Part shown: positions 46,939 to 55,265 of the stretch, in pieces
Numbering within the stretch: position 1 is the first letter of the stretch
How the letters are laid out: each line of letters opens with the position of its first letter
IMG/VR virus record: IMGVR_UViG_3300032268_001078
Location: 96,001 to 160,000 of that record
DNA from: a virus
Strand: one strand, 5' to 3'
DNA: 64,000 bases
Notes under the pieces: generated by a model
The model's database searches: none
What the model saw: the letters and a program-made list of their open reading frames with translations, nothing else
Told to the model about the DNA's origin: nothing
Program-made: the position numbers and the translations under genes

Positions 46939-47472
46939 TTATTGTGTTGGAGTTTCTTCACCTGCTGAAAAAGGATTACCTCCTTCTTCTTCTCCACTTA
47001 ACGGTTCAGGAGATGAATTTGATATATTTTCGCTTGTATCACCAGATGGTTCATTTCCTAACGGAGATCCCATTGCTAATAGTCTTGCTATTGCATCTAT
47101 TGCTCTTCCTCTTTCACCAACATTTAAAAGATAGTATTTTTTACCACTTACTTTAGCCATCCAAGTTCTTCCCATGTATATCATATAGAAATACTGATTG
47201 TTATGTAGAATTATTTTAAATGTTGTAGGAATAGGAGCAATAATATATATTCCTGTTATGTATTCTAAAAAATTATCTGTTAATAATGTTTCTAGAGTTT
47301 CTTTTAGAGTAGGATAATAATAAAGAATATATCCTATTGGATCATCTTCAAATGTTGGTGTTGGTAATATTTCATCTATTGTATTATCAAATGATTCTTC
47401 ACCCTGATTCCGTTCTTGTTGGAATTTCTCAAATTCTTGAGCAAAAATCTTTTTGAATGTTTCTAAATTCAT
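46939..47472 (-). CDS. Hypothetical protein, 177 aa, acidic tail
   Basis: YPTLKETL..LLT.NF..YITGIYIIAPIPTTFKIILHNNQYF core. Confidence 0.6.
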   Translation of the reverse strand: MNLETFKKIFAQEFEKFQQERNQGEESFDNTIDEILPTPTFEDDPIGYILYYYPTLKETLETLLTDNFLEYITGIYIIAPIPTTFKIILHNNQYFYMIYMGRTWMAKVSGKKYYLLNVGERGRAIDAIARLLAMGSPLGNEPSGDTSENISNSSPEPLSGEEEGGNPFSAGEETPTQ

Positions 47473-47942
47473 TAGTATCCTGGATCTTCTTGACCGCCTG
47501 TAATAATATTTTTAGGATTTTTGTTTATTTTTTGATTATTAACTTCTTCACCATAAAGATAACCATAAACTGATTGTAAATAGTCTTCAGCTTTAGTTAA
47601 TTTAGCTTGAACCCATGCATCTAATTGTTCTTCTTGATCAATCATGTCACATAACCCTGTAGATAATCGTTTAATATTAGAAAGTTGACTGTAAGCCATA
47701 TCAGCTTCATCATCTTTTTGCATCCAATCGTCTTCATATAATTTTTCTTCTAAATCAGTAGCATCATGGTGCATTTTAACAGGTTGTTCATCCATGTTTT
47801 TAGCAATAGCCATCCCACGTTTTTTTTCATACGGTGATATTATATCATCCTTGTTTAAGTCTGATTTTTGTCTATTGAATGGAACTGCTTCATTCATTGC
47901 TTGTTTTAAGCGCCATTCGTGTATATCAAAATTATCCTTCAT
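47472..47942 (-). CDS. Putative internal head protein, modular
   Basis: AMNE / NMDE / KLYE separate DLNKDDIISPYEKKRG and AWVQAKLTKAEDYL modules. Confidence 0.55.
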   Translation of the reverse strand: MKDNFDIHEWRLKQAMNEAVPFNRQKSDLNKDDIISPYEKKRGMAIAKNMDEQPVKMHHDATDLEEKLYEDDWMQKDDEADMAYSQLSNIKRLSTGLCDMIDQEEQLDAWVQAKLTKAEDYLQSVYGYLYGEEVNNQKINKNPKNIITGGQEDPGY

Positions 47943-48573
47943 TTGCGAATTCTGTTAAAGAGTTATGTAATTTTACTTTTGTGAATTGGTGAGATATTTT
48001 TTCTACTGCTTGTTTTAGTTTTTCTTTACTGTATTTTGAGTTTTTATCTAATGGGAATTCGATATTAACTGCGTCTTTAGAGTAATAAACCAAAGGTAGT
48101 TTTTGTTTTTTCAATGTATTTAATGCTTTATCACGTAATTGTTCAGTATCAAATACTAAACCTATATTTAACTCAGCTTCTGTTGATTTTGTTTTATCTT
48201 TTTTTTCGTCTTTTTCAAAAATACCAGCTAATTCTTGCATTCTTTTAATTTCATTTGCTGAACCAGCAGGTAAACCTTCACCAGATGCGCGACCGGGTTG
48301 GCTATTATTATAATTATTCCAAACTGAATCAATACTCATCTCAAAATCTTCTTCAGGCCCCAGATCAAATTCTTCTGGTTCTATTAAACCAATATGAAAT
48401 TTTTCTAAGTATGGTTCTACTTGTCCACTTGCCATAAATTCAGTTACTTCATCTGCATCTCCATCAAAATACTGAACTAAGTCCTCATAAAGATTATCAA
48501 AATCCTCATCAGTCCATTTCATGATAATATTCTTATCACGATATTTGAAGAATATTCTGTCTAAATCGTTCAT
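47932..48573 (-). CDS. Putative internal head protein with scaffold-like RMQELAGI motif
   Basis: EIKRMQELAGIFE matches the scaffold C-terminus RMQKLAGIK. Confidence 0.6.
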   Translation of the reverse strand: MNDLDRIFFKYRDKNIIMKWTDEDFDNLYEDLVQYFDGDADEVTEFMASGQVEPYLEKFHIGLIEPEEFDLGPEEDFEMSIDSVWNNYNNSQPGRASGEGLPAGSANEIKRMQELAGIFEKDEKKDKTKSTEAELNIGLVFDTEQLRDKALNTLKKQKLPLVYYSKDAVNIEFPLDKNSKYSKEKLKQAVEKISHQFTKVKLHNSLTEFANEG

Positions 48574-48575
48574 AA

Positions 48576-48941
48576 TTACTTATTTGTATCAATAAGTTTA
48601 GTAACGTCTTGATAGATTTTTCTCATATTATTATGCATTTTTTCAATTTCTTTTAACATGTCATCATGAGTTTCAGGAGTCATACTTTCATATGTTGATT
48701 TTACTTGACTATGCATTTCTTCAAGTTCACTAAGCATAGCATTATGTTGAATTCCAATTTCATAAGCTTTAGCAATTTCTTCTAATTCAGCTTTTGCTAA
48801 TTTTCCATCATATTCATATAAACCTTTAAAGTATTCTTTAATTTGTTTACGATTACAGCCTACTTTAGCACCTTTTTTACCGTCTTTCTTTTTGTAAATG
48901 CATTTAGCATCATCGCCTGTACCAGTAATATATTTTCCCAT
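48576..48941 (-). CDS. Hypothetical protein, 121 aa
   Basis: CIYKK...KVGC N-terminal module then coiled coil; upstream ATATTTAT motif. Confidence 0.55.
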   Translation of the reverse strand: MGKYITGTGDDAKCIYKKKDGKKGAKVGCNRKQIKEYFKGLYEYDGKLAKAELEEIAKAYEIGIQHNAMLSELEEMHSQVKSTYESMTPETHDDMLKEIEKMHNNMRKIYQDVTKLIDTNK

Positions 48942-48955
48942 AATTATTATTTGTA

Positions 48956-48963
48956 ATAAATAT
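48956..48963 (-). promoter_or_regulatory. Class I motif ATATTTAT
   Basis: 14 nt upstream of start 48941. Confidence 0.65.
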
Positions 48964-49541
48964 TATTGTATTTTTTCTTTCTGTAATTTAATCCAATCTT
49001 TTACTTCTTTAACATGTTCTGGTGTTAAACTATTTCCAGTCCATTCATTTACTTCACCGTCTTCAGTTAAAGTTTTACTAAATCCTAATTTAATAAAATC
49101 ATCAAATTCCATTTCTATATTATTTAACATTTGATTTAAATTATTAGTATGTAAGTTTTTAGCATATTCTTCAAATTTACCTTCTAACTTTAAATTACTT
49201 TCCATTTTAGCAATACATGTAGGACATTTATGTAGTAAATTATACATGTATTTTACATAATCACTTTTGTGATTTAATAGTCCATTACATTCAGGACAAG
49301 TAAGAGGCATATTAAATTGTTTTTTAAACTTACTTAATTTAGGAATACTTCTTTTAATACCATTTTTAATAGTCCAAGTTTTACCTTGTTCTTCCCATGT
49401 GTCTCCTTCTTTTCTTTGAATATTATTTTCATAACCTATTTGACTTTGTGTTTTATCGCCATGTTTTTTCATAACAATATTTCGCATTCTTTGTACTTCA
49501 CGCTCAGTAAACTGGCGATTTAGTAATGTTTCTTTATTCAT
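48963..49541 (-). CDS. Hypothetical protein with Zn-finger-like CxxC pairs
   Basis: CPEC...CPTC; EGDTWEEQGKTWTIKNGIK. Confidence 0.6.
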   Translation of the reverse strand: MNKETLLNRQFTEREVQRMRNIVMKKHGDKTQSQIGYENNIQRKEGDTWEEQGKTWTIKNGIKRSIPKLSKFKKQFNMPLTCPECNGLLNHKSDYVKYMYNLLHKCPTCIAKMESNLKLEGKFEEYAKNLHTNNLNQMLNNIEMEFDDFIKLGFSKTLTEDGEVNEWTGNSLTPEHVKEVKDWIKLQKEKIQ

Positions 49542-51967
49542 AACTCGTATTTGTGTAATTTTTCTATTGATTCTTTTGAATTTTCTGGGTTGTTTTTTAT
49601 TCCTATCCCACCAGCTTGAGTAAATTCTGTTGTGTTTTTACTCATATCATCTATTAAGATATAACCTTCTTTAGCTTCTGTGTGTTTATCTTTTGCTTGT
49701 TTAAATACTCTGCGATTTTGTGGAATAGATGTATGTTTATTTAACCATTCATTTTTACCTTTTTTAGCGTCTCCATTAGGATCTAAACCAGGACTTGATA
49801 ATACCCAAACTTCAATACCATTTTTAGGAGCCATTTTCATAACATAATTATAAAGTTCTTTTCCTCCAGGATTCCAATTCATTCCTGACCAGTATGTATC
49901 TGTTCCTTTGTTAATTATATCCCAAGCTTTTTTAGCGCCATATTTTCCAATGTATTCTTTAAAATCTAATTTTTCGTCATTGTATTTTTTAAACTGCTCG
50001 TCAAAATCAGCTAATACTCCATCTAAATCAAAGTAAATTCTTGTAATTTTTGGATTTTTTTTTTCATTTAATTTAGGAGTATTGTCATGTCCACATTTAT
50101 GACACACATACATATCTTTTCCTCCATCTTTCTTTTTCCAAGTCCAACCACAATTATCACAAGTTATAGTTTTTTTTGTTTCAGATTCGTTTAACACACC
50201 AATTTTATAAATGTCTGGGTTTTGTTTGCCATAGTCTCTCATAATAATACCAGCAATACTATTAGCATCATTTTCATGGTCACTGCCTGTTTCACCACTA
50301 TTTGGTTTAAGTAAACCTATTTCATTTTGTTTAGCATGAACTAATTCATGAGCTAATGTTCTATAAATGTCAACAATATTCCTATTAGAAGGATTAATGA
50401 GTATATGATGATCAAAGGGAACATAAGCCCCAAAGCTAGGTTGTTCCTCTCCGAATTCGTATCGGATTTCCAACGTTGGCGGGTTTTGAATTTGGAGTTC
50501 TTGACAGGCATAAGACATAAAATTATTTAAAAGTGATTGGATATTATCTTGAGATGATTCATTCAATGAAATTGTTTTATCAATCAACTCATTTTTTAAA
50601 TCATTCAATTTATCTAAATAACCTGTGTTTCTTAAATCTTTAAATGCTAAATTTTCAACTGAGTATTCTCCGTTTTTATCTAATCCAGCTTGTCTAAAAT
50701 TCTTTAAACGTTCTTGTATTGTTTTTATTTGTTCTATTGATTTTTCAGGATTTTTATTTCCTGTTTTTAATAATTGATTTATTTTTTCTTTAAAAGGACG
50801 AGATTTTTTCTTAATATTTCCATCAGGAATATTTATAGCTTCATATTCTGGTTTCTTTTCCCATTTATCATTTAATACTGAATAAACTCCTGTAGATGTG
50901 TGTTTTTCATTTAGGTTTTGAACATAAATTTCTATAGGTTGTTTACCTAGTTTTGGATCATGAGCATTATTCCAATTATTTTTTGCTGAGTCAAACCATT
51001 TCTTTACCATTTCTGGGTTGGGAAATTTATTAAAATCAATAACAATGTGTAAATCTATATCAGATAAATTAGAATAATTGTAATTAGCAGATGAACCTGT
51101 TAATACAACATCATCAAATGGTTCAGGAATATCTAAACCATCCCAAAACATTGTAGCAATTTTTAATAATAATTCTTTAACTTGTGGGTCTAATTTGTCA
51201 CCATCAAATAACATAGGATTAAGTTGGTTATTATTTTTATATTCTTCTAACCAAACCCAATTTTTTTCTTTATTATAGTTATTATCCTCTTGTAATGATT
51301 TAGGATTAATTGGATTTATTTTTAGAATTTTTAAAAAATCATCAAATAATCCTTTATTAATAAGAGATTCAGGCATTAATGCTTTTAAATAATCATATGT
51401 GTTGTTATAATCATTTAAAGCTATTGTATATTCTTTAGTTCCTTTTTGTTGTTTACGTAGTTTATTAAAAGTTTCTTTTAATTTACTTATTGTTCCAACA
51501 AATTCAGCTTCACCAACGTCTTCTCCATCTTTATCAGTAAAATGATCATTTATAACTTGACTATAAACACGATCACTAAATTTTTCTTGTAGTTTATTTA
51601 CATACCCATTAGTTGTTTCTTCTTGAGATCCAGCAACATATGCTTCATTTTCTAAATTAGCAAAAAAGCTAAATAAGTCTTTAATAGGAGATGCATTTTT
51701 AGCAATAGCAATTTTTACCTTTGGATTTGGATTAGATTCTAAATATAAATCCCAAATAGCTTTACTTTGTTGTGGAGTAACATTGTTTTTAGTATCGTTT
51801 CCTATTAAAACAATAACTTGATTTATATAGTTTTTTCCAGCTAATGATTCAACAGCATTAAAATGTCCTTTATTAGGTGGTTTAAAAGCCCCTGGATAAT
51901 AACATGATAAAGGAGGATTTGCTATTTGTTCTCCTATTTGTTTCCCTATTTGTTCTATATTTACCAT
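49538..51967 (-). CDS. Five-domain polyvalent protein: HIGH-type nucleotidyltransferase, Pol-beta nucleotidyltransferase, HExxH metallopeptidase, Zn ribbon, HAD 5'-nucleotidase
   Basis: YPGAFKPPNKGH; LTGSSANYNY...SDIDLH; TLAHELVHAKQ; CDNC...CHKC; YFDLDGVLADF...LIDD. Confidence 0.85.
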   Translation of the reverse strand: MVNIEQIGKQIGEQIANPPLSCYYPGAFKPPNKGHFNAVESLAGKNYINQVIVLIGNDTKNNVTPQQSKAIWDLYLESNPNPKVKIAIAKNASPIKDLFSFFANLENEAYVAGSQEETTNGYVNKLQEKFSDRVYSQVINDHFTDKDGEDVGEAEFVGTISKLKETFNKLRKQQKGTKEYTIALNDYNNTYDYLKALMPESLINKGLFDDFLKILKINPINPKSLQEDNNYNKEKNWVWLEEYKNNNQLNPMLFDGDKLDPQVKELLLKIATMFWDGLDIPEPFDDVVLTGSSANYNYSNLSDIDLHIVIDFNKFPNPEMVKKWFDSAKNNWNNAHDPKLGKQPIEIYVQNLNEKHTSTGVYSVLNDKWEKKPEYEAINIPDGNIKKKSRPFKEKINQLLKTGNKNPEKSIEQIKTIQERLKNFRQAGLDKNGEYSVENLAFKDLRNTGYLDKLNDLKNELIDKTISLNESSQDNIQSLLNNFMSYACQELQIQNPPTLEIRYEFGEEQPSFGAYVPFDHHILINPSNRNIVDIYRTLAHELVHAKQNEIGLLKPNSGETGSDHENDANSIAGIIMRDYGKQNPDIYKIGVLNESETKKTITCDNCGWTWKKKDGGKDMYVCHKCGHDNTPKLNEKKNPKITRIYFDLDGVLADFDEQFKKYNDEKLDFKEYIGKYGAKKAWDIINKGTDTYWSGMNWNPGGKELYNYVMKMAPKNGIEVWVLSSPGLDPNGDAKKGKNEWLNKHTSIPQNRRVFKQAKDKHTEAKEGYILIDDMSKNTTEFTQAGGIGIKNNPENSKESIEKLHKYEL

Positions 51968-51977
51968 TACTCAATTA

Positions 51978-51985
51978 ATAAATAT
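51978..51985 (-). promoter_or_regulatory. Class I motif ATATTTAT
   Basis: 10 nt upstream of the polyprotein start. Confidence 0.65.
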
Positions 51986-52764
51986 TACTCTAATTTAGTT
52001 GTTATAGGTAATGTTTCAAATAATGGTTTATTATTTGGATTTTCAAGAGAAAATATTTCATAAATATTCTTAAACATTTGAAAATAATTATCAATTGATT
52101 TATCTGGTTCAACTATTTCCCAACCTTCTCCTTGTAATTTACCATCTTTTGCTTTTCTTTTTGATGATTTTAACCACAATAATCCTACTTTTTCAATTTT
52201 ATTTTCACTTATTTCATTCCAAGCTTTAGCATATGCTGATAATTGTAAATTATATGAAGTATGTAATGAATTTGATGTTTTAATGTCTAAAATCCATAAT
52301 TTATCTTGAATTTTAACAATCAAATCACACGTTCCTGCATATTTGTGTTCATGAGATAATAAATGAATTTCACTAGCTACTAGTTCTGGTTTATGAGTAT
52401 TCCAAAAATCACTAAATTTTAAAATCATTTTCCATACATCTAAACTGTATTTTGCTGTTCCATTTTCATCCATCCATTTTAATTCTTCACCTTGTAAGAA
52501 ATTTTCAATAGCATTGTGAACAGCTGTTCCTTCTTCACTTGCTTTTCTAACAATAATATCACTATTGTGTGAAACATCTTTTAACCAATTTTCAAAAAAT
52601 TTATTTTTTGGATAAAAATTTAATATAGATGTTACAGATGGATAAAATTCTCCAGTTTCTGTTTTATAAAATCTACTATCTAAAAAATTTATTTGTTCTC
52701 CTTGATGTTCTACTATACGTTTTAAATAAGGATGTTTGTAAATATTATCGTTTTTTTGTATCAT
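51985..52764 (-). CDS. PD-(D/E)XK exonuclease (Cas4/RecB-like)
   Basis: YPSVTSIL; GTAVH; YAGTCDL...ILDIKTS; LQLSAYA. Confidence 0.9.
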   Translation of the reverse strand: MIQKNDNIYKHPYLKRIVEHQGEQINFLDSRFYKTETGEFYPSVTSILNFYPKNKFFENWLKDVSHNSDIIVRKASEEGTAVHNAIENFLQGEELKWMDENGTAKYSLDVWKMILKFSDFWNTHKPELVASEIHLLSHEHKYAGTCDLIVKIQDKLWILDIKTSNSLHTSYNLQLSAYAKAWNEISENKIEKVGLLWLKSSKRKAKDGKLQGEGWEIVEPDKSIDNYFQMFKNIYEIFSLENPNNKPLFETLPITTKLE

Positions 52765-53687
52765 AAATTTATTTTTCTAAGCATTAATTCACTAAGTGTT
52801 AGTGGGTATGCATTATGTAATTTTTCTGTAAATTGTTCAAATCCCATTTCACTAGGATCTTTATCTTCCATATCAACCATATACACTTCTTTACCATAAC
52901 TTAATAAAGTTTGCGCGTGATTTAATGCAGCCTTTTGAGCATCACAATCTAATGCAATATATATTGTTTTTACACTAGACTCAACGAGTTTTTTCATTAA
53001 TGCAGTAGAAAGTGTCTTACCAAAGATAGGAATAGAATTGCGACGAACAGCAATGGCGTCAAACGATCCCTCAACAAGTATAATTGGCATCTCCCAATTG
53101 ATGAGTGCCTCAAAACCAATAATATCGTTTTTGTTGCATTTTGGTGTATCATATTTTCTAGACTTATTCGGATCCATAGTGCGACTGACAAAATAGTTGA
53201 CACTGTAAGAACTGTTATAAGAAGGAATAATAATACTATTAGCATATTGTCCAGTAGTTGCATATCCTATATTATATTTTATAATTTCTGTTTCTGTTAT
53301 TCCACGTTTTTTTAAGTATGTTTTAGCTCTTCTTGCTTCTAAACTTGTATCGGCAATAAGATGAATAAATTCTTTAGGTAATTCTACTTGATTGTAGTCT
53401 TTTACCAAATCTTGTTTAGGAGAAACACCTAAAATTGAACGAAGTTCAAATACTTTTTCTCTAGGTGCTTTTATTTTCCTAAATAAATTTGGAAGTTGTA
53501 AACCTTTTACATTACAAACCCAACAAGCAAATGGATTTTCTCCTTTAGTATTGGTTTGAAGTTGAATTTCTAATTTTGGTTTATGATGATTACACAACGG
53601 ACAATGAAATGCATAATTTCCTCTTGCTGTTTTTTTACTTTTTCCTAAAACACCTTCTAAACAATTTAATAATAGAATATTATCCAT
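52761..53687 (-). CDS. DNA primase
   Basis: Zn finger CPLCNH...CWVC; TOPRIM LVEGSFDA...IALDCDA...KDPSE. Confidence 0.92.
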   Translation of the reverse strand: MDNILLLNCLEGVLGKSKKTARGNYAFHCPLCNHHKPKLEIQLQTNTKGENPFACWVCNVKGLQLPNLFRKIKAPREKVFELRSILGVSPKQDLVKDYNQVELPKEFIHLIADTSLEARRAKTYLKKRGITETEIIKYNIGYATTGQYANSIIIPSYNSSYSVNYFVSRTMDPNKSRKYDTPKCNKNDIIGFEALINWEMPIILVEGSFDAIAVRRNSIPIFGKTLSTALMKKLVESSVKTIYIALDCDAQKAALNHAQTLLSYGKEVYMVDMEDKDPSEMGFEQFTEKLHNAYPLTLSELMLRKINL

Positions 53688-53694
53688 TATTAAT

Positions 53695-53723
53695 AATATA
53701 ATAAATTAACTTGGAAGAACCAA
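53695..53723 (-). promoter_or_regulatory. Class II promoter TTGG-N14-TTTATTATATT
   Basis: Upstream of the primase. Confidence 0.75.
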
Positions 53724-54167
53724 ATCTTTTCTAAAAAAATGTCCAGAAATATTATCATTAAAACTAAGTGGATCTTCTAAAACATTGTATTTAAATAAAT
53801 ACTTCAATTCAGTGTATGTTTGAATTTTCTTATTGGGGCAAATCGCTAAAATTTCTCTTTTAAAGTTGTTTTTACCTTCTGCTTTAACATAAGTTAAGAA
53901 TTCTTTACTAGAACCCCAATAGTCTTTCCAAGTACTTTCTTTAGTAACAATTTTAGTTGATGGTTTTCTACCTCTTCCAGTTTGTTCTAATAATTCTTTT
54001 TTACCAAGTTTTTGTTTGGTATTATTAAATAAAATCTTTTTTCCAATATAATATCGATTTGATGTCTTATGTGTAATTTTATACACGAAACCAAACGAAT
54101 CTTGAGGAAAATCGTCAACTGTATTGTAACATTTTAGTTCATTTTTAAATTCGTACCACATTACCAA
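53706..54167 (-). CDS. Seg-like GIY-YIG nuclease domain protein
   Basis: FGFVYKIT...RYYIGKK; WKDYWGSS; FKREIL. Confidence 0.75.
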   Translation of the reverse strand: MVMWYEFKNELKCYNTVDDFPQDSFGFVYKITHKTSNRYYIGKKILFNNTKQKLGKKELLEQTGRGRKPSTKIVTKESTWKDYWGSSKEFLTYVKAEGKNNFKREILAICPNKKIQTYTELKYLFKYNVLEDPLSFNDNISGHFFRKDLVLPS

Positions 54168-54559
54168 TCCATTTTAATTATAAAAGTCATATCTGTATTA
54201 TTTGATAAAGGAACAGGTTGAGCCATTTTAGCTATTGCTAAAAGTTGATTTGAATCATTGTATAAACCTATTACTGATATGTATGGACTAAAATCTGATC
54301 CAGTAGCAAAGTTTTTTATTTGTGTGTCTGGTTGAGTATAGTAACTACTTGTATATGGTGTTGGAAGTACACTACCTGTAACCCAATCAGATCCAGATAA
54401 ATACACATAACCTGTTGATCCTGTAGTTAAAGTTGGATTGTAACTTGTGTTAAATTCATAGTCTTTAACAACACATTTTATAGTTTGTTCATAAACAGGA
54501 TAAGTGTTATTTATCTGTAAATTATATATACTGCTGGTATTTACTGTGAATAATGCCAT
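54161..54559 (-). CDS. Baseplate / fibre-anchor-like protein (C-terminal-domain type)
   Basis: PYISVIGLYNDSNQLLAIAKMAQP. Confidence 0.65.
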   Translation of the reverse strand: MALFTVNTSSIYNLQINNTYPVYEQTIKCVVKDYEFNTSYNPTLTTGSTGYVYLSGSDWVTGSVLPTPYTSSYYTQPDTQIKNFATGSDFSPYISVIGLYNDSNQLLAIAKMAQPVPLSNNTDMTFIIKMDW

Positions 54560-54560
54560 A

Positions 54561-55256
54561 TTAACTACATACGTAATAACCTTGATTGTTTTGTGGTGTT
54601 ACATCAGGAGTGTAAAAATCAGGAACAAAGTAAGATGTTGTACAAATATTTGCTGTTATCAATGTAATAGGAATAATAGTTAATGTAGCTAAACCTTGTT
54701 CATACCATACATTCCCAACATAACTTGATTGACTCAATATTGTATTATTTACAGAACTAGAAATATTATTTCCTGACCATCTTAAATTGTATTCTCCATC
54801 ATCATAAATTACACCTCCACTAACTTCTAATCTAATACTACCTGGTTGGATTTTTTCATAATAAATATTTTTAGGAATGTTTAATGTTAAAATATAATTT
54901 CCTGTGTCTGTAGGAAAGTATTTTTCTGTTGTAGTTCCATTTCCTAGTCTTTGTAAAGCGTTATAATCAATATTTTGTTTTAAAGTACTATTTAAATTAT
55001 TAGTTTGAAAATAAGAAGAAGTACTATGAGACTCAGTAGGATAAAATTCAGGATAATAGTTACTTAATACAGATTGATAAAGTAAATTTTCAGTTGTGTA
55101 TTGATTTTTAGGAATACTTCCTGCTTTTTCTCCTATATTAAATTTTATATTATAAGAATTAAATGAAGCAGATACAATATCATAATGTTTATTTGCTTCA
55201 TAAGGAGAAACAAAAACATCACTTACATCAAATCTTTTATTAAAAGTATCTGCCAT
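54561..55256 (-). CDS. Baseplate-associated protein, 231 aa
   Basis: KIQPGSI...DDGEYNL...VGNVWYEQG, parallel to the middle of the 341-aa neighbour. Confidence 0.6.
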   Translation of the reverse strand: MADTFNKRFDVSDVFVSPYEANKHYDIVSASFNSYNIKFNIGEKAGSIPKNQYTTENLLYQSVLSNYYPEFYPTESHSTSSYFQTNNLNSTLKQNIDYNALQRLGNGTTTEKYFPTDTGNYILTLNIPKNIYYEKIQPGSIRLEVSGGVIYDDGEYNLRWSGNNISSSVNNTILSQSSYVGNVWYEQGLATLTIIPITLITANICTTSYFVPDFYTPDVTPQNNQGYYVCS

Positions 55257-55265
55257 GCCATTTTA

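Noticed and set aside
4443-48437. Other short plus-strand ORFs in the track (e.g. 4443, 5795, 10792, 13997, 18375, 21668, 37072, 46875)
   Set aside because: All lie fully antisense to well-supported minus-strand genes and have no recognisable domains
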